Shown here in pieces: positions 33,840 through 41,812 of a stretch of DNA of 59,692 nucleotides; position 1 is the first letter of the stretch; each line of letters starts with the position of its first letter. The notes under the pieces are model-generated. The model saw only the letters and a list, made by a program, of their open reading frames with translations. It did not search any database and was not told where the DNA came from. Made by a program: the position numbers and the translations under genes. Where the stretch lies: positions 1-59,692 of the IMG/VR virus record IMGVR_UViG_3300042453_002905; one strand, given 5' to 3'. Source of the stretch: a virus (Duplodnaviria > Caudoviricetes).

Positions 33840-35303
33840 TTAGATCACCGTGAGTGTTGCTGGCGACGATATGACCGGCTCGGCTCCGCTGGCTGTCACG
33901 ACGCAGCGATACTGGCTGCCGTTGAATGCGGTCGTCGGCTCTCGCACGGTCATCGTCGGCGTTTGCACGCCCGTGGCCGATTGATTGAGCAATACTGTCA
34001 TGTCGGTCCACTCGCCGTTTAACAGACGCTGCCACGAATACGACAGACTGCCACCAGTAACGGATGCGGAAACAGAAAACGTCACGTCATTTCTCACACC
34101 AGCGATTTGCAGGACGCGGAATGCGTTGCTGCCGTTCGTGTCACACGCGAACGTGTACGCCCGCGTTCGTGTGCCGCCGCTGGCAGAAACCGTGTACGAT
34201 TTCGATCGAGGGAACAGCCTGTCTGTCAGGCACGAGGTAGACCGCGTGAACTGCTGCCACGAAGCGCCATCTGCGGACCCAACGAGATACCTGCTCTCTG
34301 TGCCGGCCACGCTCCCCAGCATTAGAAAAAACCTACCTGCCGCGTTCCACAGCGTTCCTCGCCGACCAGATGAAAGAGCTGCTGGTAGCGTCGCTTCCGT
34401 CCACGTTGCTCCGTCCGACGAATAGTTCACGGTGCCGTTGCGCGAGTATGCCACGAGCGCTTGACCAGAAACAGCAACCTGACTGCCGTATGAATAGAGG
34501 CTGCTAATTCCAGAGGCTACAGCCGATGTCAGCAAGTCGGTTTTTTGTAGAGCGCCATCAGCCGTTGCGACGTACCAGTATCCGCCAAATTTTACAACCG
34601 ACTCAATGTTGCCACCGACGCCACCGGCTCCGCGATTTTTGATTTTGATGAACGTCTGCCCATCGGCAGATGCGTACAGCCCGCCCACCGAACTGGCGCT
34701 GCCTGATGGTGGATCGACAGCAAAAAACCAACCGCCGTCCGCATGTCCAAAACTAACACTGCCAGAGTCGAGCGCCGTGGTCGAGGCGAGCGTCCACGTC
34801 GCCGCGTCCGCTGAGTAGTGGACTCCCTGTGCGTCAGACCGGAAAAGCAAGCCACCGCCGAAAAACACATCCCCAGTGCTGCCGCTTCGCGTTTGAGATG
34901 TCCACGAATTGCCACCGTTAGAGGAGACGGCGATTTGCTGGCCTGCCTGCGTGGCGAGTACCGATGACGAATACTGAATATCGCTCCAGCCATTCGTTCC
35001 AGCCAAGGCAGACACACCATCAGTTTTCGCCGAGAATGTCAGTGATGGCGATTCATCGTCTGGGCCGTCCCAAAAAGCCGTCGCCAGAAAATCGCTGTCG
35101 CCATCGTTACCGCTAGCAGCAAAAAATGTGTCGGCGAAACTGCCGGCCAGATTCCATGACGCAACCGGCGAGGGCAATGCTGTCGAAAACTCAGACACAA
35201 CCGGAGCGATGGACGATGTCGCGTCCTGCGGCTGCGACAGAATTGTAATCGTCGGTGGAGGCGGTCGCCGTGTCGGGCGGGCCAGCAGCATTGAGTAGTT
35301 CAT
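33840..35303 (-). CDS. Receptor-binding protein: BNR/Asp-box propeller plus Ig-like domain
   Basis: Repeated S.DG.TW motifs; C-terminal YSWQ...YRCVV Ig pattern. Confidence 0.8.
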   Translation of the reverse strand: MNYSMLLARPTRRPPPPTITILSQPQDATSSIAPVVSEFSTALPSPVASWNLAGSFADTFFAASGNDGDSDFLATAFWDGPDDESPSLTFSAKTDGVSALAGTNGWSDIQYSSSVLATQAGQQIAVSSNGGNSWTSQTRSGSTGDVFFGGGLLFRSDAQGVHYSADAATWTLASTTALDSGSVSFGHADGGWFFAVDPPSGSASSVGGLYASADGQTFIKIKNRGAGGVGGNIESVVKFGGYWYVATADGALQKTDLLTSAVASGISSLYSYGSQVAVSGQALVAYSRNGTVNYSSDGATWTEATLPAALSSGRRGTLWNAAGRFFLMLGSVAGTESRYLVGSADGASWQQFTRSTSCLTDRLFPRSKSYTVSASGGTRTRAYTFACDTNGSNAFRVLQIAGVRNDVTFSVSASVTGGSLSYSWQRLLNGEWTDMTVLLNQSATGVQTPTMTVREPTTAFNGSQYRCVVTASGAEPVISSPATLTVI

Positions 35304-35311
35304 GGTAATGG

Positions 35312-37294
35312 CTATCCAAACAGAAACGAGAAACCCGCGCCGCCGCCGCCACTTCCACCCTGCGACGCTACCTCGTCGGTCAAGACACGCCACCGCCCGC
35401 TGATGCCGTCGTACCACACACTCGCCGAGTCGCCGTCGCCTAGCTCGATGTTGCCAGAGGAAATGGTAAAGCGATTCGTCTCCGCAGAACTGGTGCTCCC
35501 GGTCGCCAGCGTGACAACGTGCGTGCTGACATTGTAGAGCAGACGCACCACGCCGTCCTCGCCCCCGGCGATTCCGGTGAGCGTGACGTTCGCGGACGGA
35601 TTGAGCCGAATGATATTGCCGCTGCCGATCGCGTAGTCGTTCTGGCTGGTCGATAGCGACTTTGTTTCTACCAGGGCTGCTGTCGTGCCGACGATTCCGC
35701 CGTTCGCGCCGATCGTGATCTCGCCCGCCGCCGTATTTCGACTGATCGCAATCCCAGCCCCTGCGACCACGACGGGATCGACGACGCTGTACCGCGTTGC
35801 CCACGAGGCATTGGTGCCATCGGTCGTGAGGAGCCTTGTCGAGTTGCCGCCCTGCGAGGGGAGTGCATCGCCCAGAGCGATCGTCACCACGCCGGTCTGC
35901 CCGTTGACGCTGACCACATTCGCGACGCTGGTCAGGTTCGTGATGTCGCCGGCGACGTGAGTATGGACCGCCGAGGCGGCCGAAACATCAACACTTGTCA
36001 GCGAAACAGTGCCGGTCTTGCCGTTGACGGAGCTAACAGGAAAAGCCAGATCAGTCACGTTAGCCATGACGTGGGTGTGGACGGCCGAGGCGGCCGAAAC
36101 ATCAACGCTTGTCAGCGAAACAGTGCCGGTCTTGCCGTTGACGGAGTTGACCGGAAACGCGAGGTCTGTCACGTCGGCCATGACGTGGGTGTGGACGGCC
36201 GAGGCGGCCGAAACATCAACACTTGTCAGCGAAACAGTGCCGGTCTTGCCGTTGACGGAGCTAACAGGAAAAGCCAGATCAGTCACGTTAGCCATGACGT
36301 GAGTGTGTACTGCCGAGGCGGCCCCAACATCGGCCGCAGATGGCATCTGATGGACGTGATCGGATCGCGCCGCCAATCCGCTGATGCCAGCCGTCGGCGA
36401 GCCAAGAGCCTGGGGGAGTGCGTCAGACAGATCGGCCCCGCCGCCTCCCGTGCCTCCGCTGGCTTCGATGGTGATGCTTGAGCCAGATGTGCTCACGGTC
36501 ACGCCTACGCCACCGACGATTACAGGGGTGCCGGTGATGCCGTTGACAGATACGACGTTCGCGACGCTTGTCAGGTTTGTGATGTCGCTGGCGACGTGAG
36601 TATGGACCGCCGAGGCCGCCGAAACGTCGACGCTCGTAAGGGAGACCGTGCCGGTCTTGCCGTTGACGGAGTTGACCGGAAACGAGAGGTCTGTCACGTC
36701 GGCCATGACGTGAGAATGCACGGCCGACGCCGCCGACACGTCGACACTCGTCAGCGATACTGTGCCGGTCTTGCCGTTGACGGAGTTGACCGGAAACGCA
36801 AGGTCTGTGATTTGGATGACCGAGTGCGTGTGCGATGCTGGCGTGAAGCTGTTGGGAATATTGGAGAGCGACGTGTAGGAGCCACTGGTCGCGACGGGAG
36901 CCAGCCCGCTCACGTCGCCGGCCACCAGCGAGACGACACCCGTGCGGCCTGCCACCGACTGCACCGGAGCGGCTGCCGAGGCAGCGGCAGTGAACCCGAC
37001 GACGTCGGTTGTGCTGTGAGTATGGGCGGCCAGGGCTGCGGTGAGATCAGAGGCGGTCAGGCTGACTGCGCCGGTCTTGCCATTGACGCTCTGCACTGGA
37101 ACGTCGCGGCCGACGATCGTGAAGACGCCAGAAGTCGTCGTGACCGTGATATTCGCGCCGGCTGCCACCTGCAACGACGGCACGCCACCGCCGTTGCCGA
37201 CAAACGTCGTGCCGATCGCGACCTGCACGCCGTCGCTGCTGCCGATCGTCGCGTTGATGCCGGTCGACCCGACGACAGTGACATTAATGCTCAT
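35312..37294 (-). CDS. Long tail fibre with 38-aa HxH/VNGKTG repeats
   Basis: Repeated HTHVMA.VTDLAFPV.SVNGKTGTVSLTSVDVSAASAV; ends FSFLFG. Confidence 0.88.
   Translation of the reverse strand: MSINVTVVGSTGINATIGSSDGVQVAIGTTFVGNGGGVPSLQVAAGANITVTTTSGVFTIVGRDVPVQSVNGKTGAVSLTASDLTAALAAHTHSTTDVVGFTAAASAAAPVQSVAGRTGVVSLVAGDVSGLAPVATSGSYTSLSNIPNSFTPASHTHSVIQITDLAFPVNSVNGKTGTVSLTSVDVSAASAVHSHVMADVTDLSFPVNSVNGKTGTVSLTSVDVSAASAVHTHVASDITNLTSVANVVSVNGITGTPVIVGGVGVTVSTSGSSITIEASGGTGGGGADLSDALPQALGSPTAGISGLAARSDHVHQMPSAADVGAASAVHTHVMANVTDLAFPVSSVNGKTGTVSLTSVDVSAASAVHTHVMADVTDLAFPVNSVNGKTGTVSLTSVDVSAASAVHTHVMANVTDLAFPVSSVNGKTGTVSLTSVDVSAASAVHTHVAGDITNLTSVANVVSVNGQTGVVTIALGDALPSQGGNSTRLLTTDGTNASWATRYSVVDPVVVAGAGIAISRNTAAGEITIGANGGIVGTTAALVETKSLSTSQNDYAIGSGNIIRLNPSANVTLTGIAGGEDGVVRLLYNVSTHVVTLATGSTSSAETNRFTISSGNIELGDGDSASVWYDGISGRWRVLTDEVASQGGSGGGGAGFSFLFG
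35957..36830. repeat. 114-bp coding repeats (tandem block 35957-36303 and second block about 36596-36830)
   Basis: GCGAAACAGTGCCGG recurs at 36001, 36115 and 36229. Confidence 0.9.
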
Positions 37295-37662
37295 GGGTTA
37301 CGCACCGTCACGGTGCCGGAGAGGACGGTGCGGGTGAACAGCGTCGTATCAACCCAGCGCATATACCAGCGGTAGGCAATAGACGGCGACAGGAGGGCCG
37401 TCTGGGCCTCCGAGAGGCCGATGGTGATCTGGCCGGCAGCGAGGTTATTGTTTGAGATCGAAAAGACTGCGGCCGTGGACCCCACTGTTTCGACAAAACC
37501 GGCCCCGCCGAGGCCGGCGGCGTACACGGCGTTGACATAGATTTTCGTCTCGATCTGAAAGCCCGTAAGGTCGCGGTCGAAATCCAACGCGACCGCCAGT
37601 TCGTCCCCTTGGACGAATTCCAACGATAGCTCTCCCGGTAGCTGGCGGAAAATCTCGCTCAT
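37291..37662 (-). CDS. Fibre anchor (BppU-like), paralog of 30365
   Basis: LPGELSLEF.QGD and GLSEAQTALL motifs. Confidence 0.7.
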   Translation of the reverse strand: MSEIFRQLPGELSLEFVQGDELAVALDFDRDLTGFQIETKIYVNAVYAAGLGGAGFVETVGSTAAVFSISNNNLAAGQITIGLSEAQTALLSPSIAYRWYMRWVDTTLFTRTVLSGTVTVRNP

Positions 37663-37670
37663 AAGCCTCT

Positions 37671-37690
37671 ATTGTACCCTTCAGTAGCCT
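37671..37690 (-). promoter_or_regulatory. Late-type promoter AGGCTAC-N7-TACAAT
   Basis: Conserved motif; 8 nt from the -10 box to the ATG. Confidence 0.65.
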
Positions 37691-37691
37691 G

Positions 37692-38138
37692 TTACTCAGC
37701 GGCTTCTGCCTTCCGTGCATTCTTGATCGCCCGCTTGACCAGCATCCGGCCCGCCATATCGATGAACGGAAGCCCGCGCTTCGTCGCCTCCTCGCGGAGC
37801 CAGCCGACGATTTCGTCGAGGTTCGCCTCGCACCAATCGCAGCCCTTCTCGTCCATCGTGCGGGCGCGGGCGTTGCAGGAGCAGTCTGGAGATGCCGTGA
37901 TGCCGACGCGGGCAAGGAGTTTCTTCAGTTCGCTGCCTGGCCCGTGCATCGTTGCTGGCGGTGCCTCTGGCGGCGGCTCGTGCCCCGGCTTCGGCGTGGC
38001 GGGATACGCCGGATGCTCGGTGTCAATCGTCCACGAGTCGCCGTCCTGAGCGACCACGCAGGGCATCACCTCGTCAAGCGTGTAGCCACGCTCGCGGCAG
38101 CGGAACTCCAAAAAACTACGGTGGCAAGTGTGGTTCAT
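37692..38138 (-). CDS. Cys-containing hypothetical protein (GPGSEL...CSC...WC)
   Basis: ATGA coupling with the upstream Cys-rich gene. Confidence 0.75.
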   Translation of the reverse strand: MNHTCHRSFLEFRCRERGYTLDEVMPCVVAQDGDSWTIDTEHPAYPATPKPGHEPPPEAPPATMHGPGSELKKLLARVGITASPDCSCNARARTMDEKGCDWCEANLDEIVGWLREEATKRGLPFIDMAGRMLVKRAIKNARKAEAAE

Positions 38139-39187
38139 GGTAGGGGGTTGCAGTCGCAACCATTGAGGCAAACAAAACTAAAGCTCCATGATGGACTGTT
38201 AACGGGCGTGCCGCCGGGAGTGCCGTCGAACTGGGTAAAAGTAAAACAGTCGCATTCAGGGCCAACCAAAGATTCTGCGCCTTCGTTGCATGGCCCAATG
38301 TATTGCATGACTGCCCCAATCCTAACAGTGATAGTCGCCACCCCGTTTGGCTTGCAAAAGTCCAGCGTGCCCGGCAGTGGCACTTCGCCTTCGCCGTAGT
38401 CTATGGTCACATTCAGCGGGTCGGTTTCGTGTACCCTGGCTTGTCCGATTCGCAATCGTGCGCCACTCACAAAGACACGCGCCGTAAACGGCCCTGACTC
38501 AACGCTGAATGTCACCGTTCGGCCCGTGCCGGCGTTGCACGGGCTGAACGACTGATCGTTAAGTCCGCACGGAGTCGGCGGGACGGATTGGCACTGACGC
38601 TGATTCGGAAAGACGCCAGCGGAGCCGCTTGGGGTGCAGCAAAACGGCTTGCTGTCGGGGCAGCATGACCCGTTTATAGCGCCAGACGCAGGCGACCCAC
38701 TTTGATTTGTGCAGCATATCGTTTGGCAGCACGCACCAGTGCCGTCGTCGACATACGTTGCACGGCAGCACGTACCAGACCATTGCTTTGTTTGCTGGTT
38801 GTAAACGTATGGGTCGCAGGTGGGGCAGCACGGGTTAGGTGAGCAGGGGATATTGTCACCGACGAACACGCCTTGCCTAATAATCGGCGCGAATATTGTG
38901 CCGACATTAAACCCAACTTCGCACTGCTCCTCGCTTTTCTGGTAGCACGTTGGCCCAACGCAGCACGCTCCAACGTTGCATGGATTCGGGCTGCACGAAG
39001 TGCCGACGCCTTGAAAACCAAACCCCTGCGATTCGTCACACTGACACTGCGGCTTGACGCTGCACGTCGTGCCGTTGCAGCAGGCACCCTCCTTGCAGGC
39101 TTCGAGGCACTCGGCTTCGGTGGCGAAGCCTCCGGTGCCAATTTTGCCGTGGCCGGATGGGACGTTGTTGGATTGGTAGCAGGGCAT
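38135..39187 (-). CDS. Cys-rich virion-associated protein with GACC repeats; ends NPLP
   Basis: Three GACC motifs and many CC pairs. Confidence 0.8.
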   Translation of the reverse strand: MPCYQSNNVPSGHGKIGTGGFATEAECLEACKEGACCNGTTCSVKPQCQCDESQGFGFQGVGTSCSPNPCNVGACCVGPTCYQKSEEQCEVGFNVGTIFAPIIRQGVFVGDNIPCSPNPCCPTCDPYVYNQQTKQWSGTCCRATYVDDGTGACCQTICCTNQSGSPASGAINGSCCPDSKPFCCTPSGSAGVFPNQRQCQSVPPTPCGLNDQSFSPCNAGTGRTVTFSVESGPFTARVFVSGARLRIGQARVHETDPLNVTIDYGEGEVPLPGTLDFCKPNGVATITVRIGAVMQYIGPCNEGAESLVGPECDCFTFTQFDGTPGGTPVNSPSWSFSFVCLNGCDCNPLP

Positions 39188-39211
39188 TGTGCGTTTATCG
39201 GTGGCAGGTGG

Positions 39212-40105
39212 TCATGGGAGGGGGTTGGCGGTTATTCTAACACTGGCGCTCCCGCTCATGCCGCCGATGGTCACTTCAGGGAGTTGCACATTCCACATAT
39301 CTGACTCTGTTATCTCCTTCGAGAAGTTGACGCTGATGTTGTCGCAGCCAGGTGGCCTTGGTGAGCGAGCCTCTCCAACAGTTACAAATCCATACAATGT
39401 TCTCGTTCCAAGGCACGGCGCAACTGACTCCACCTGCCAGCCATTTACGTTGTCTATGTCAGAGACATACTGAGCTGACAGCCTCCACTCGTCCTGGCAT
39501 TGATTTCCGTCAAGTAGGGCATGTGAGTAGCTGGCTGTCAGAAACGTAAAGTCTCCGGTGTTGTTTTGTCCGCAGGTTCCTACTACATATCTTGCACACT
39601 GCCCGAAGGAGTCGACGCGAGTGAGTGTGTACGAGCCAGAAACCGCAAGCGATGATCCTAAGTTAGTCTTGTATAGGCCGTTGATAAACGTTCGACCCCC
39701 GATAACCAAGTCTTGTACGTTGATGGAAACTTCTAGGTTTAATGTATTCGGAAAGTCGTAGCAGCACACGTCGCATGGAAGGCACGGCGAGGTTCCCGAG
39801 CATGGTATTGGCCGGTAGATACCGCCGCTTTCTGCACACTGCTCTTGTGTTTTTGAGGTGCAGACAAAGGAGGTTCCATTCCATTCGCAGCAAGATGAAC
39901 ACGCAATTCCCCCACACGTCGTCCCCACCCCTTTAAACACCTCCCCATTCTCCGTATCGCAATCGCACCGCTGCACAACGCGGCATTCCGTCCCGTCGCA
40001 GCACGCCCCAGCGTCAGGGGCGTAGCACGACCAGCCGCAGCAAGTACAGGTTGTCTGAAGCGACCCGCCTTTGACCAACAGTGCTCCATTGCGGACGTTT
40101 AGCAC
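39212..40105 (-). CDS. Cys-rich virion-associated protein with a GACC repeat; ends NPLP
   Basis: GACCDGTEC...C.C...F.GVGTTC; probable GTG start. Confidence 0.75.
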   Translation of the reverse strand: MLNVRNGALLVKGGSLQTTCTCCGWSCYAPDAGACCDGTECRVVQRCDCDTENGEVFKGVGTTCGGIACSSCCEWNGTSFVCTSKTQEQCAESGGIYRPIPCSGTSPCLPCDVCCYDFPNTLNLEVSINVQDLVIGGRTFINGLYKTNLGSSLAVSGSYTLTRVDSFGQCARYVVGTCGQNNTGDFTFLTASYSHALLDGNQCQDEWRLSAQYVSDIDNVNGWQVESVAPCLGTRTLYGFVTVGEARSPRPPGCDNISVNFSKEITESDMWNVQLPEVTIGGMSGSASVRITANPLP

Positions 40106-40554
40106 GCTGTCGTCCCCACTGTCTGAACGCTTGCCGTCGCCGTCGCCACGACAGTGACAACGGCCCGCGTGAACTGGAGGCCCGCCGTAGTCAATGTTGC
40201 CCCAGTAATGACGGTCATCGTCGTGTGAACGTCTTGCACCAGATACCACGCCGTGCCGTCTTTCGCGATGGCGCAGGTGCTGTTGCCGTTGTTGGGCAGA
40301 TCGTAGAAAAGATTTACCGCCGACACCGTATTCGGCGTCGATGTCACGCCGCGAAACGTCACCGTCTTCGAGGCGTTGATCGACCACGAGCCGGTGAAGG
40401 TGCAGATGCGGAAGGTCTTGGATTGGGGCTGCTGCAAAGTCTCGAAGCGTGTCTGAATCAGCGTCGTCTTCTGCTGCGACGGCATCCCCTCCACGGTCGC
40501 CAGCGCATTGTCGACTCGCTGCTTATACGGCTCGCTGAGTATGTAGGAGGGCAT
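40099..40554 (-). CDS. Minor tail protein
   Basis: Position after the tail-tip gene; Thr-rich. Confidence 0.65.
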   Translation of the reverse strand: MPSYILSEPYKQRVDNALATVEGMPSQQKTTLIQTRFETLQQPQSKTFRICTFTGSWSINASKTVTFRGVTSTPNTVSAVNLFYDLPNNGNSTCAIAKDGTAWYLVQDVHTTMTVITGATLTTAGLQFTRAVVTVVATATASVQTVGTTAC

Positions 40555-40556
40555 GG

Positions 40557-41810
40557 CTAAAAGGGTGGGAGGCGAAGGTTGAGCGCGCCAAAATTAAAGT
40601 GATCGTGAACGCCGAAGCGGTTTATGATTGGAAACAGCGTGTGCTTCCTTGGGTGGCCGCTGTCGTCCAGAAGCACGGGTTGTGCAGATGGGGTTTGCGA
40701 TGCGCCGCCGCCCTGGTAGGAAAAGACCTTAACCATTGCCCTGTGAATCTCCCCGGCGTCAACTCCCTCAGGAAGCGACAGCGGTTCCTCGATCTTGCCA
40801 TAGTATTCGGTGCCTTCCTTGCCGTGCTTGAGCGGCTGGCCGAAGACGTCTCGCTTGTCGGCGTCCAGAAGGTTTGCAGCAGGCGGGACGTATGTTTTCA
40901 CATTAAATCCTGTCTGCGGCATCGCTATGTCCCAGCCGATAGCGACGTCATGGTCTGGCTCGGCAGGCGCAGGGGGGAATCCCAAGAGGTTAATCGTTAT
41001 GTGCTGGAAGTTCTTTCTGTAAGCGAACTCATACGAAACCATGTATCCGCGATATAGCGTCCCGCCCCATGACTCAACGTGCTGCTCAATGTTGCACGCT
41101 TTGAATAGCGTCGACCTAGGGAATAGGTTCAAGCTGCCGAATGACCCCTGATTCCCGTTTACCATGCCGACTAGGTGGAGCTTCCATGTCGGGTCTGCTA
41201 TCTCAAACTGCCTGAATGAAAAGTTGACGACAGGCTCGTATCGTGAAACCCCATCATAAATGTCTTTGTTTGGGTTCGCCGCTGCCGTTCGCTCGCTTGC
41301 GATGGTGCTGTTCTCAACCCGAAGGGCTTTATTCTCTGCCCCGAAAGGCCCAGCGCCAGGCGGTAGCCACGGTATTTCGGTGATTACAGTTGCCCTGGTG
41401 TACTCGTACCAACTGTACGCCGGCATCTCCATGTACGACGTGCTCACCGAGAACGACGCGAAGCGGAGGTCGGGAGCCGTGGCCCTTGGGTCGCCGCCAC
41501 CACCACCGCCACCACCGCCACCTCCTCCGCTGCTGCCAACGCCAGCCGACGACCGATACTGCGCCGTCACGATCCGCACCAGCCGGCTCTCGCCGTCGGC
41601 TCTGCCCTCGACGCTCACGCACGGGATCGGATTCGACGCTGAATACACGTCGCCGATGTTCACGCCGATCGCGGAGAAAATGTCGAGAGCCTCGTTCGGC
41701 TCATTCAGGATGATTTTGAACGTGCGAGTCGCCGAATCGGCGAGCGCGCCGCCGTCGGATGACCGCGAGAAGGTGTTGCCTTGGGCGAGTTCTGAGACGA
41801 GTTTTGGCAT
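40557..41810 (-). CDS. Minor tail / tail-tip protein
   Basis: Directly after the tape measure; poly-Gly loop. Confidence 0.7.
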   Translation of the reverse strand: MPKLVSELAQGNTFSRSSDGGALADSATRTFKIILNEPNEALDIFSAIGVNIGDVYSASNPIPCVSVEGRADGESRLVRIVTAQYRSSAGVGSSGGGGGGGGGGGGDPRATAPDLRFASFSVSTSYMEMPAYSWYEYTRATVITEIPWLPPGAGPFGAENKALRVENSTIASERTAAANPNKDIYDGVSRYEPVVNFSFRQFEIADPTWKLHLVGMVNGNQGSFGSLNLFPRSTLFKACNIEQHVESWGGTLYRGYMVSYEFAYRKNFQHITINLLGFPPAPAEPDHDVAIGWDIAMPQTGFNVKTYVPPAANLLDADKRDVFGQPLKHGKEGTEYYGKIEEPLSLPEGVDAGEIHRAMVKVFSYQGGGASQTPSAQPVLLDDSGHPRKHTLFPIINRFGVHDHFNFGALNLRLPPF

Positions 41811-41812
41811 GG

